Assembly (NCBI RefSeq): GCF_037013405.1 | Contig: NZ_CP146064.1 | Location: forward strand, 90,001-122,000 | DNA length: 32,000 nt | Origin: Candidatus Nanosynbacter sp. BB002 | GTDB lineage: Bacteria > Patescibacteriota > Saccharimonadia > Saccharimonadales > Saccharimonadaceae | Reading direction: 5' to 3' | Shown: in pieces, positions 16,289 through 23,536 of the stretch | Layout: each line of letters opens with the position of its first letter | Position numbering within the stretch: position 1 is the stretch's first letter | Made by a program: the position numbers and the translations under genes | The notes under the pieces: model-generated | Told to the model about the DNA's origin: nothing | What the model saw: the letters and a program-made list of their open reading frames with translations, nothing else | Database searches by the model: none

Positions 16289-16879
16289 ATGATTGATTCA
16301 TTATTTGGTTCAAAAACAAGAGTAAAGCTGTTGCATTTATTCTTAAATAATCCCGGAAAATCATTCTACGTGCGAGAGATTACGCGTCTTATTGATGAGC
16401 AGATTAATTCCGTGAGGCGTGAATTAGCCAATATGATGAATGTCGGTATTATTGTGTCTGATAATGCTGACAATAAGCTGTACTATGCAGTCAATCAACA
16501 GTATCAATATTTTGAGGCTTTATCTATGATATTTGCTGACAGCTCACCTAAAGCAAAAGAGCCAAAAGCCGTCGCAAAAGACACAACTTGGTTAGCTAAA
16601 GTGGGTCAACTCTCTGGTTTGCGGCTTGCCATAGCAGCAGGAACGTTGGTTAGAGGTTCTGCTAGTAGAGTAGATTTATTGGTTGTGGGTGAGATCGTAC
16701 AATCTCAGTTGGAAAAATTGATGGATAAAGCCGAAAAACTAGAAAAGAAGAGCCTTAACTATGCCGTGTTATCATATGATGACTTCTATTATCGGTTGAG
16801 CGTTCGTGATAGGTTTGTGACTGATATTTTGAGTGGTAAGCATTCAGTGTTAGTTGATGTAGATAGAATATTAAAATAA
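16289..16879 (+). CDS. Winged-helix (ArsR-like) transcriptional regulator with a C-terminal extension
   Basis: SKTRVKLLHLFLNNPGKSFYVREITRLIDEQINSVRRELANMMNVGII is a typical wHTH. The C-terminal roughly 90 aa are unassigned. Confidence 0.6.
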   Translation: MIDSLFGSKTRVKLLHLFLNNPGKSFYVREITRLIDEQINSVRRELANMMNVGIIVSDNADNKLYYAVNQQYQYFEALSMIFADSSPKAKEPKAVAKDTTWLAKVGQLSGLRLAIAAGTLVRGSASRVDLLVVGEIVQSQLEKLMDKAEKLEKKSLNYAVLSYDDFYYRLSVRDRFVTDILSGKHSVLVDVDRILK

Positions 16880-16888
16880 GGAGATAAT

Positions 16889-17521
16889 ATGTTTGACATA
16901 GAGTATAAGGGTGCTAATGCTGTTATTTTTACAACAAAAAATGTAAAAGTTATGTTTGATCCAAAACTGTCATTGGTCGGCAAGAAGGATTTATCTGTTG
17001 AGGATGTGGTCGAGGTACTCACTGAAGACCGATTCGCATCAACAGTAGGTAATCCTCGCGTACAATTTGATGGCCCTGGTGAATATGAGGTGGCAGACGT
17101 CGGGTTGGCTGGTTTTCCTGCTCAACGACACATCGATGCAGAAGGGAGTAATAGTACGATCTATAAACTTCTGATAGGCGGGGTGAGAATAGCTGTCCTG
17201 GGGAACATTGACCCAAAGTTGAGTGAGGAACAATTGGAGCAAATTGGAGTTACTGATATCGTTGTACTGCCTGTCGGTGGCGGAGGATACACTCTGGATG
17301 CTACGGCAGCAGCAGTAATTGTTAAGCAAATTGATCCTCGAGTTGTTATACCGGTTCATTATTCAGATCCAGAATTAGCGTATGAGGTACCACAGGATGT
17401 ATTAGATACATTCTTAAAAGAAGTAGGTGCTTCTGGTATAGATGCTGGCACTAAATGGAAAGTTAAGTCCACGGAAGCTCTACCTGAGCAATTAACAGTG
17501 GTTAAGATAGATCGTAGCTAG
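16889..17521 (+). CDS. MBL-fold protein (UPF0173/YtkL-like) with degenerate metal-binding motif
   Basis: Fold-level resemblance by memory (VMFDP ..., IVVLPVGGGGYTLD, VVIPVHY). The position of HxHxDH reads LTEDRF. SD aaggag. Confidence 0.55.
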   Translation: MFDIEYKGANAVIFTTKNVKVMFDPKLSLVGKKDLSVEDVVEVLTEDRFASTVGNPRVQFDGPGEYEVADVGLAGFPAQRHIDAEGSNSTIYKLLIGGVRIAVLGNIDPKLSEEQLEQIGVTDIVVLPVGGGGYTLDATAAAVIVKQIDPRVVIPVHYSDPELAYEVPQDVLDTFLKEVGASGIDAGTKWKVKSTEALPEQLTVVKIDRS

Positions 17522-17532
17522 TTCAGCTAAAG

Positions 17533-17560
17533 AAAATCCTCCATGATGGAGGATTTTTTT
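17533..17560. terminator. Bidirectional intrinsic terminator between the MBL gene and rpmB
   Basis: aaaa-atcctcca-tga-tggaggat-ttttttt: 8-bp stem flanked by an A-run and a T-run. The T-run overlaps the rpmB stop. Confidence 0.8.
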
Positions 17561-17771
17561 ATTTAGCTTTTGCTGTACTCTGTAAAATTCCTTTTTTGCG
17601 AAGAGTACGAATTGCTTTGGTGCTAAGTACCATTGTGATTTTTTGGCCACCGACCGTAAAGGTCTTTTTTTGTAGATTCGGCTTAAAGACTCGCTTTGTA
17701 CGTCGCAGTGAGAAGCTCACGTTATGGCCGTACTGCTTGCCTTTGCCGGTTAGTTCGCATCGTGATGCCAT
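17559..17771 (-). CDS. rpmB: 50S ribosomal protein L28
   Basis: [36 protein letters not shown] matches the L28 N-terminal signature. ATG 17771 has the SD gagagg 6 nt upstream; the track start 17777 is TTG. Confidence 0.9.
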   Translation of the reverse strand: MASRCELTGKGKQYGHNVSFSLRRTKRVFKPNLQKKTFTVGGQKITMVLSTKAIRTLRKKGILQSTAKAK

Positions 17772-17806
17772 TTCCAACCTCTCTCATTTATTAAACAATC
17801 CCTAAT

Positions 17807-17835
17807 ATTGTAACGGTATATCACAAAATAGTCAA
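17807..17835 (-). promoter_or_regulatory. rpmB promoter (TTGACT-17-TACAAT)
   Basis: Minus strand: -35 at 17835-17830, 17-nt spacer, -10 at 17812-17807. Back-to-back with the M50 promoter. Confidence 0.6.
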
Positions 17836-17837
17836 GA

Positions 17838-17846
17838 TGGTATAAT
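17838..17846 (+). promoter_or_regulatory. Extended -10 element (TGgTATAAT) 7 nt before the M50 protease ATG
   Basis: TG at 17838-17839, TATAAT at 17841-17846, spacer aaaatat, ATG at 17854. No SD. Confidence 0.5.
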
Positions 17847-17853
17847 AAAATAT

Positions 17854-18498
17854 ATGAACTTTACAGCCGTGATAATTACATTGTTAGTGATTCTGGTATC
17901 AATGACTATTCATGAGGCGATGCATGCTTTTATGGGGTATTTCTTGGGTGATCAAACCGCCAAGGCAGAGGGAAGACTATCGCTCAATCCTATAAGACAT
18001 ATCGACCCTCTTCTCACCATCCTGCTACCATTAATATTGTTGATGTTAGGTGCTCCGGTGTTTGGTGGAGCCAAACCAGTACCATTTAATCCACATAAGG
18101 TGCGATTTGGGGAATGGGGTGTCGCTTTGGTGGCGATTGTCGGACCCCTAACTAACCTAGTGTTGGCTTTTACTTTTTTTGGTATTGGCGTAAGTTTAGG
18201 CTTTGTAGACAAATTTGGTTTTTCGCCATCGTTGATCGGCGTCACGCTTCAGACTTTTGTATTTGTCAATCTGGGCTTTTTTGCTTTCAATATGATCCCT
18301 ATACCACCGCTTGACGGATCTAGAGTGCTCTATGCATTGGCTCCGGACTTTGTGAGAGGTTTTATGAGACAGGTCGAACAATATGGGCTTGTCATCATCA
18401 TGGCTCTTGTCATGGTCGGTTCGTCATTTATATCTTTGTTTATGAATTGGTTGATTGTACACACACTTCAGGTATTTATTTTGATTTTTAGTGTATAA
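17854..18498 (+). CDS. Site-2 protease family (peptidase M50) membrane metalloprotease
   Basis: HEAMHAF (HExxH) in TM1 and NMIPIPPLDGSRV (NxxPxxxLDG) in a later TM. Polytopic. Confidence 0.8.
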   Translation: MNFTAVIITLLVILVSMTIHEAMHAFMGYFLGDQTAKAEGRLSLNPIRHIDPLLTILLPLILLMLGAPVFGGAKPVPFNPHKVRFGEWGVALVAIVGPLTNLVLAFTFFGIGVSLGFVDKFGFSPSLIGVTLQTFVFVNLGFFAFNMIPIPPLDGSRVLYALAPDFVRGFMRQVEQYGLVIIMALVMVGSSFISLFMNWLIVHTLQVFILIFSV

Positions 18499-18681
18499 TA
18501 TAAGTAGTCCCTTGAGTCTATGGGCGCATATGATTTTCCTAACATCATATGATAGGGAGCTTTATATGATATATCACCGTGGTGATATGTTGCGAGCACC
18601 CACCTTGCGTTATGCGGGGAATATCAAGCGTTCATGGCTCGGGGGCTTTTTGTTTGCATATTTTTAATTGGGCTTGGTGGG

Positions 18682-18710
18682 TAGACGAATAATTACAGAG
18701 CATATATAAT
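18682..18710 (+). promoter_or_regulatory. Possible rnpB promoter (TAGACG-17-TATAAT)
   Basis: Hexamers at 18682-18687 and 18705-18710. The P1 helix starts about 10 nt downstream. Confidence 0.4.
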
Positions 18711-18719
18711 CAGATGCAG

Positions 18720-19046
18720 CAGTTCACTAGGCAATCGCTTGACTTCTGTCAAGAGGAAAGTCCGGGCAACAAAGGACACGACAGTCGCTAACGGCGACCG
18801 GGGGTGACCCTAGGGAAAGTGCCACAGAAACAAAACTACCCATAGTTATGGGAAAAGGTGAAACGAGTAAGGTAAGAGCTTACAGCTTGCTATGGTGACA
18901 TAGCAAGGAGGTAAACCCTGTCGGTTGCAAGGAGATCCACATTTCGGGTGTCCACCTGTAGATCGAGAACCGCTTGATTCATTTGGCAACAAATGAACTA
19001 GATAGATGATTGCCCACGACAGAACCCGGCTTATCGGTGGACTGTA
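18720..19046 (+). ncRNA. rnpB: RNase P RNA, bacterial type A
   Basis: Universally conserved GAGGAAAGUCCGGGC (from 18752), GGUAAGAGC, and ACGACAGAACCCGGCUUAUCGG at the 3' end. P1 pairing cagttcac (18720-27) with gtggactg (19037-44). The ends are approximate. Confidence 0.85.
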
Positions 19047-19050
19047 TAGT

Positions 19051-19079
19051 AAAAATCCTCCATCAATAGGAGGATTTTT
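19051..19079. terminator. Bidirectional intrinsic terminator between rnpB and rplT
   Basis: aaaaa-tcctcc-atcaata-ggagga-ttttt: 7-bp core, extendable through A/T pairs, flanked by an A-run and a T-run. Confidence 0.75.
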
Positions 19080-19103
19080 ACTATATTATTTGTAAGTTGT
19101 GAC

Positions 19104-19448
19104 CTATTTTGTAGCTGCTTGAACGATTTTTTTGAATGCTACAGGATCATTTACCGCTATCTCTGCTAATATTTTGCGGTTTACCTCAATATTATTAGCC
19201 TTCATGCCAGCGATCAACTTGCCGTAGGTAGTACCTTCTTGGCGAGCAGCTGCATTAATACGTGTAATCCACAGCGCTCGTAGATCGCGTTTTTTATTGC
19301 GACGATCGCGATAAGCATATTGCAGAGCGCGAATAACACCTTGTTTTGCTAGACGAAAACTGCGCGTACGGTTATGCTGCATTCCTTTAGCAGCTTTAAG
19401 TATCTTTTTATGCTTTGCATGTGCTGAAACACCTCGTTTTACTCGCAT
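19104..19448 (-). CDS. rplT: 50S ribosomal protein L20
   Basis: [22 protein letters not shown]... is the canonical L20 N-terminus. SD aggag. Confidence 0.95.
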   Translation of the reverse strand: MRVKRGVSAHAKHKKILKAAKGMQHNRTRSFRLAKQGVIRALQYAYRDRRNKKRDLRALWITRINAAARQEGTTYGKLIAGMKANNIEVNRKILAEIAVNDPVAFKKIVQAATK

Positions 19449-19452
19449 ACTC

Positions 19453-19647
19453 CTACACTCCCATTGCTCGACGAGCGTTCTTGGCCATAGAGCCCTTTAC
19501 GGTTGCTGTTGTGTTAATGGCACGTTTACGGCTCTTAGACTTCTTGGCTAAGAGGTGACCGCCAAATGCACGTTGGCGGGTTAGTTTGCCGGTACTGGTT
19601 AGCTTGATGCGCTTAGCAGTGCCCTTGTGGGTCTTTAGTTTTGGCAT
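19453..19647 (-). CDS. rpmI: 50S ribosomal protein L35
   Basis: [22 protein letters not shown] is the canonical L35. Its start overlaps the infC stop (TAATG). Confidence 0.95.
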   Translation of the reverse strand: MPKLKTHKGTAKRIKLTSTGKLTRQRAFGGHLLAKKSKSRKRAINTTATVKGSMAKNARRAMGV

Positions 19648-20153
19648 TACTTACTCCTTATTACTACGCTCAGATTGCGACCTGCCATCTGAGGTTTTTG
19701 TTCTACGATTGCGACTTCTTCAAGTAGAGTGGTGATTTTTTCAATCAATTCGTAACCGATCTCTTTGTGCGCCATTTCGCGGCCCTTGTACATCACCTGG
19801 ATACGAACTTTGTGTCCTTCCTCTAGGAATTTACGGACTTTACGCAGTTTTACTTCCAAGTCGCCTTGGCTTATCTTGAGACCGAAACGCATTTGTTTCA
19901 GGTCGCTGGCTTTAGCTAGTTTGCGATTACGTTGCTGGTCCTTCATCTTCTGGTACTGGTATTTGCCCCAGTTGACGATTTTGGCCACAGGTGGATTAGC
20001 GTTGGGTGATATTTCCACGAGATCTAGTCCCGCTTCTTCTGCCGCTGCTAGTGCCTCACGGAGTGACATCACTCCTAGCTGCTCACCATCTGAACCAATA
20101 ACGCGTAGTTCGCGAGCACGGATAGCTCCGTTGGTACGAATTGTTTTATTAAT
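19647..20153 (-). CDS. infC: Translation initiation factor IF-3, ATT start codon
   Basis: The frame stays open 27 codons upstream of the track start (GTG at 20072) and encodes INKTIRTNGAIRARELRVIGSDGEQLGV, the conserved IF3 N-terminus. The only start-like codon with an SD (aaggag, 8-nt spacing) is ATT at 20153-20151. An in-frame TAA lies at 20189-20187. Confidence 0.9.
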   Translation of the reverse strand: MNKTIRTNGAIRARELRVIGSDGEQLGVMSLREALAAAEEAGLDLVEISPNANPPVAKIVNWGKYQYQKMKDQQRNRKLAKASDLKQMRFGLKISQGDLEVKLRKVRKFLEEGHKVRIQVMYKGREMAHKEIGYELIEKITTLLEEVAIVEQKPQMAGRNLSVVIRSK

Positions 20154-20201
20154 CGTTAGCTCTCCTTTATAAAGTGAATCGTTAGATTAATTCCAAAATC
20201 A

Positions 20202-20230
20202 ATTCTAACAGATGAGAGCGTGTATTTCAA
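20202..20230 (-). promoter_or_regulatory. infC operon promoter (TTGAAA-17-TGtTAGAAT)
   Basis: Minus strand: -35 at 20230-20225, 17-nt spacer with TG at 20210-20209, TAGAAT at 20207-20202. Confidence 0.6.
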
Positions 20231-20234
20231 GGAT

Positions 20235-21773
20235 CTATGAATGTTGAATTTGCCGGTATTGCAAGCTTTCGGCGATGTGGGGCGTATCAACTGTGTCGGA
20301 AGCTTCCAAATCGGCGATGGTTCGAGCTACCTTTATAACTTTAAAGTAGCTTCGCGTGCTAAGATCCAAGCTTTTCGCTGCTTTAATGAGAAGGTTTTTT
20401 GCCTCAGGAGATAGGCGAGCATAGCGGTCGATCTCAGAGCTTTTTAATGATCCGTTGTGCTTTTTACTACTATTGAAACGCTGTTGCTGAAAATGTAATG
20501 CCTGTTGTATGCTCTCTGTTATTTTCAACTGTTGTGAATTATTAAACGGCTTATTCTGTAGGAGTATTTCATGGTTCACGCGATTGACAGTTACTGTCAT
20601 ATCTATGCGATCAAGGAGCGGCCCTGACAATCGTTTTTGGTAGTTAAGGATTTGAGAAGATGTACAAGTACAATTTTTCTCAGCATCTCCGTAATATCCG
20701 CAAGGACAAGGATTCATAGTGGCAACTAGTAAAAAACTGGCAGGGTATTTGTATTTTTGGTTAGCACGACTGATGGTTATGGTATGGTCTTCCATGGGTT
20801 GGCGTAACGCTTCTAAGACCGATCGTGGATACTCTAAGATTTCGTCCAAGAATAGGACTCCATTGTGCGCTAAACTTATTTCTCCTGGTCGGGCTTTAGG
20901 GCCTCCTCCTATGATAGAAGCTCTACTCGCTGTATGGTGCGGTGCGCGGAATGGCCTAGATGAGACTATGCTGTCTGCTAAGTCTGGATTGCTTATACTG
21001 TGTAGTTTAGTGACATCTATTATTTCTTGACCCCTTAAAGGAGGCAATAGACTCGCTAAAGCCTTTGCTAGCATACTTTTGCCAGACCCAGGGGGTCCTG
21101 AAAATAGTAAATTATGTCTTCCTGCTACTGCAATACTAATGGCTCGTTTAGCTTGCTCTTGTCCGATGATCGTGTCTATTGGAGTGTCTGTCACCTCTGT
21201 AACATCAGATGTAGTTTTTTTAACAGCAGGTGGTATCAGGCATTCTTTTTTCAGATGTAGGAATAATTGGCGCAGGCTTTTGATAGGGATAACGGTGATG
21301 TTCTTTAATAGGAGAGCCTGTTCTGTATTTTCAGCTGGAATGTAAATAGTCGTAATGTTGTTTCTCTCAGCAGCTTCGGCAATGGTAATTGCTGATTGGA
21401 TGGGTCTGATGGAACCATCCAAAGCTAGCTCTCCAGCAAAGAGCGCGTTGCTAACGGATTCTTGCGAGAGGAGATTATTCAGTTGTAATATTGACAATGC
21501 AATTGGCAGATCAAACTGGGTACCATCTTTTGGTAGTTCAGCTGGCGCCAGGTTGATGACAATTTTGCCCTTTGGAAACTCAAGTAGAGAGTTCTTGATA
21601 GCACTTCGGACTCGGTCCTTTGCTTCGTCGATCGCCTTATTCCCTAAGCCAACAATTTGGATACTCGGTAGTCCTTTTGATAGATCCCCCTCAATTTCAA
21701 TTAATTGACCTTGAAACCCACATGGTGTTGCAGAGAGTATCTTACTTACCGTCATATATGTACAGTTAACCAT
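20235..21773 (-). CDS. yifB: YifB/ComM family Mg-chelatase-like AAA+ ATPase
   Basis: N-terminal Lon-S5-like domain, Walker A GPPGSGKS, Walker B GVLFLDEILEY, a CPCG...C.C zinc insert and the ChlI-like C-terminus. Confidence 0.9.
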   Translation of the reverse strand: MVNCTYMTVSKILSATPCGFQGQLIEIEGDLSKGLPSIQIVGLGNKAIDEAKDRVRSAIKNSLLEFPKGKIVINLAPAELPKDGTQFDLPIALSILQLNNLLSQESVSNALFAGELALDGSIRPIQSAITIAEAAERNNITTIYIPAENTEQALLLKNITVIPIKSLRQLFLHLKKECLIPPAVKKTTSDVTEVTDTPIDTIIGQEQAKRAISIAVAGRHNLLFSGPPGSGKSMLAKALASLLPPLRGQEIIDVTKLHSISNPDLADSIVSSRPFRAPHHTASRASIIGGGPKARPGEISLAHNGVLFLDEILEYPRSVLEALRQPMEDHTITISRANQKYKYPASFLLVATMNPCPCGYYGDAEKNCTCTSSQILNYQKRLSGPLLDRIDMTVTVNRVNHEILLQNKPFNNSQQLKITESIQQALHFQQQRFNSSKKHNGSLKSSEIDRYARLSPEAKNLLIKAAKSLDLSTRSYFKVIKVARTIADLEASDTVDTPHIAESLQYRQIQHS

Positions 21774-21799
21774 AATTTATTTGGTTTTTAAAGGTGGGG

Positions 21800-21808
21800 T
21801 GGTATACT
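21800..21808 (+). promoter_or_regulatory. Extended -10 element (TGgTATACT) for ssrA
   Basis: TG at 21800-21801 and TATACT at 21803-21808. Predicted +1 is about 6 nt before the mature tmRNA 5' end. Confidence 0.45.
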
Positions 21809-21820
21809 GTATATGATTGT

Positions 21821-22205
21821 GGGGCTGAAATAGCGTTCGACAGTTGGACTTTATCAAAATATTCTGCAAACCGAACATGCACGATACGCATATTGTTAGA
21901 TGCAAAAAACTTTGCAAGCAAAGTAGCTAGCCTATTCAAGGCTCCAACCTTTGCGCCAGCTGTAGCTTAATCTATAGCCGTCTCTTCGTATAGGCAACAT
22001 GATACGATTTGAGGTGTCAGAATTTATGTTGCTCGCTATGTATTTGGAAGTGGCAAATACATGGGACTTTTGCCACGTAACAAGCTCGGTTTTTGGGTTC
22101 GTTTATTATCCAAGCTGTGTTATAAAAATGTAAATGATCCTATGTTTGTAGACGAATATTTATGATACCAACTGGACCCGGGGGCAGTACCCGGCAGCTC
22201 CACCA
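21821..22205 (+). ncRNA. ssrA: tmRNA (SsrA)
   Basis: 5' GGGGCUGAAAUAGCGUUCGAC and 3' ...CCGGCAGCUCCACCA form a 7-bp acceptor stem with G3-U70. Internal tag ORF at 21902-21967 (AKNFASKVASLFKAPTFAPAVA) followed by TAA. Confidence 0.9.
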
Positions 22206-22220
22206 AACAGCTCAACTAAC

Positions 22221-22244
22221 ATCAGCCATTAGGCTGATTTTTTG
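22221..22244 (+). terminator. Intrinsic terminator after ssrA
   Basis: atcagcc-atta-ggctgat followed by TTTTTT. Confidence 0.7.
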
Positions 22245-23536
22245 TTATGAAAAACTTTCATATAAGAAAACAACCACCTGCGAGTAGTGGTCGTTTTCAA
22301 AAAGTGGAGTTTTTGATGATCTGTTTATTTTTGGCTTCCATTATTAGTTTGTACAACTTTTTTATTCAGAAGCTACCCCTATAATAATCCATGAAAACGG
22401 TTATGTCAACATGTTTACTAAAGATTTAATGAGTAAAAAAAACTACACCTGATTGTAGGGCAAGAACAGCTATTTTTAACTCTCAAGCAGTCCTTAGTGA
22501 TGCTAGGTTGCTACCAACCGCGTAGTCCTTCTGCTTGCTATATTTATACGGTATGTGGAGGAGGGCGATAGACCATGCAATACAGGTAATAACGCCGCCC
22601 TCCTTAACGAGAGACGGACTGCTGAGGTTTTGGTAGTGGCAATAACATGATTTAAAAATCTACCACAAAGATGAAGGATGTTGTTAATAGTGACTGATAT
22701 TGTATGCGCGTATGTCTGCACCCAGTGGACAATAATTATATATTTGTAACATATTGAGTAGTATGCTTTTGTTTAAGTAATTCTAAAGAAATTATTAGAT
22801 AAGTCGTAGCGTATTTACTAGCCATTGCTACTGTATGAGCTGTGATCTAATTGGCATAGACAAAGAATTTTCTTGGCAGATATAAGCCTGGTGAATTATT
22901 ATTGTTGTAATATTCACTGTATGGTCACTGTCCTTAGAATATTGATTTTACAGATGATTGTATGGTAAATATTATTAATTTATGTGATTATTACAACAAA
23001 TTTCTTGGAAATATACTTGATTTATTTCGCAATAGATGCTAATATGTGTACATAAGCTTTTGAAAAACAAACAAAGCAAAAAAGTACATTAAAATAATTA
23101 ATTCTAGAATATCACTTAGCGCTAAATATTACTTTGGTGTAGGGAACGGCTGCAACATGAAGCTGAAAAGCACATAGTCTATATATGATTATTGTATTTT
23201 AGTCATGGTGCCGCCGATGCTCCACTAAAGTTATTTGTGATTATTCGCAAGTTACAAATAGTATAGGTGTTGAGCGCGCGTGGATAGTACACACACATCC
23301 AGTTTATCCTTATCTTTGCAAGGTATTGGTAATGAGAGTACTGGATGTGTGGAAGGAACTTCACGCAAGGACATGCTCCTTACATAAGGAGCGGTCAGTC
23401 GCCTTGAGCGATGACGACGAACTCGCAATGCCCGCGCCCTAATAGTTGTTTTGAAGCGGCGGATGGAGCGTTTGTAGTTCAACTTCTGTTATCGCTCGGG
23501 CTCTTTTGGGCTATGCGCTCGTGTATAATATGTGAT

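Noticed and set aside
19765-20172. 135-aa plus-strand ORF, and similar long antisense ORFs at 1153..1641, 25688..26305, 28011..28430, 20719..21708 and 24909..25283.
   Set aside because: Each lies entirely antisense to a gene with strong family motifs (infC, pilC, the ATPase, the LPXTG protein, yifB). Their translations are low-complexity or Cys/Arg/Ser-rich with no recognisable motifs. They are shadow ORFs.
22247-22384. 45-codon ORF right after the ssrA terminator (MKNFHIRKQPPASSGRFQKVEFLMICLFLASIISLYNFFIQKLPL), a possible small membrane peptide or type I toxin.
   Set aside because: No SD and no -10 element at the right spacing. By rough estimate, about one open frame of this length is expected by chance among the ATGs of a 1-kb AT-rich tract. 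Kept only as a note.
22206-23410. Possibility that the AT-rich tract near gyrB/gyrA is the replication origin.
   Set aside because: No dnaA or dnaN is in the window. I found no cluster of TTATNCACA-type DnaA boxes; the best matches were isolated 7-of-9 hits such as gtggacaa at 22724 and cgtggatag at 23279.
23411-23536. N-terminal 42-codon extension of the four-TM protein, as called in the ORF track.
   Set aside because: It has no SD at usable spacing, runs through the GC-rich structured segment, and has unusual Cys/Arg/Pro content. ATG 23537 has a TATAAT-N7 leaderless configuration. The extension is not excluded, hence the low confidence on the start.
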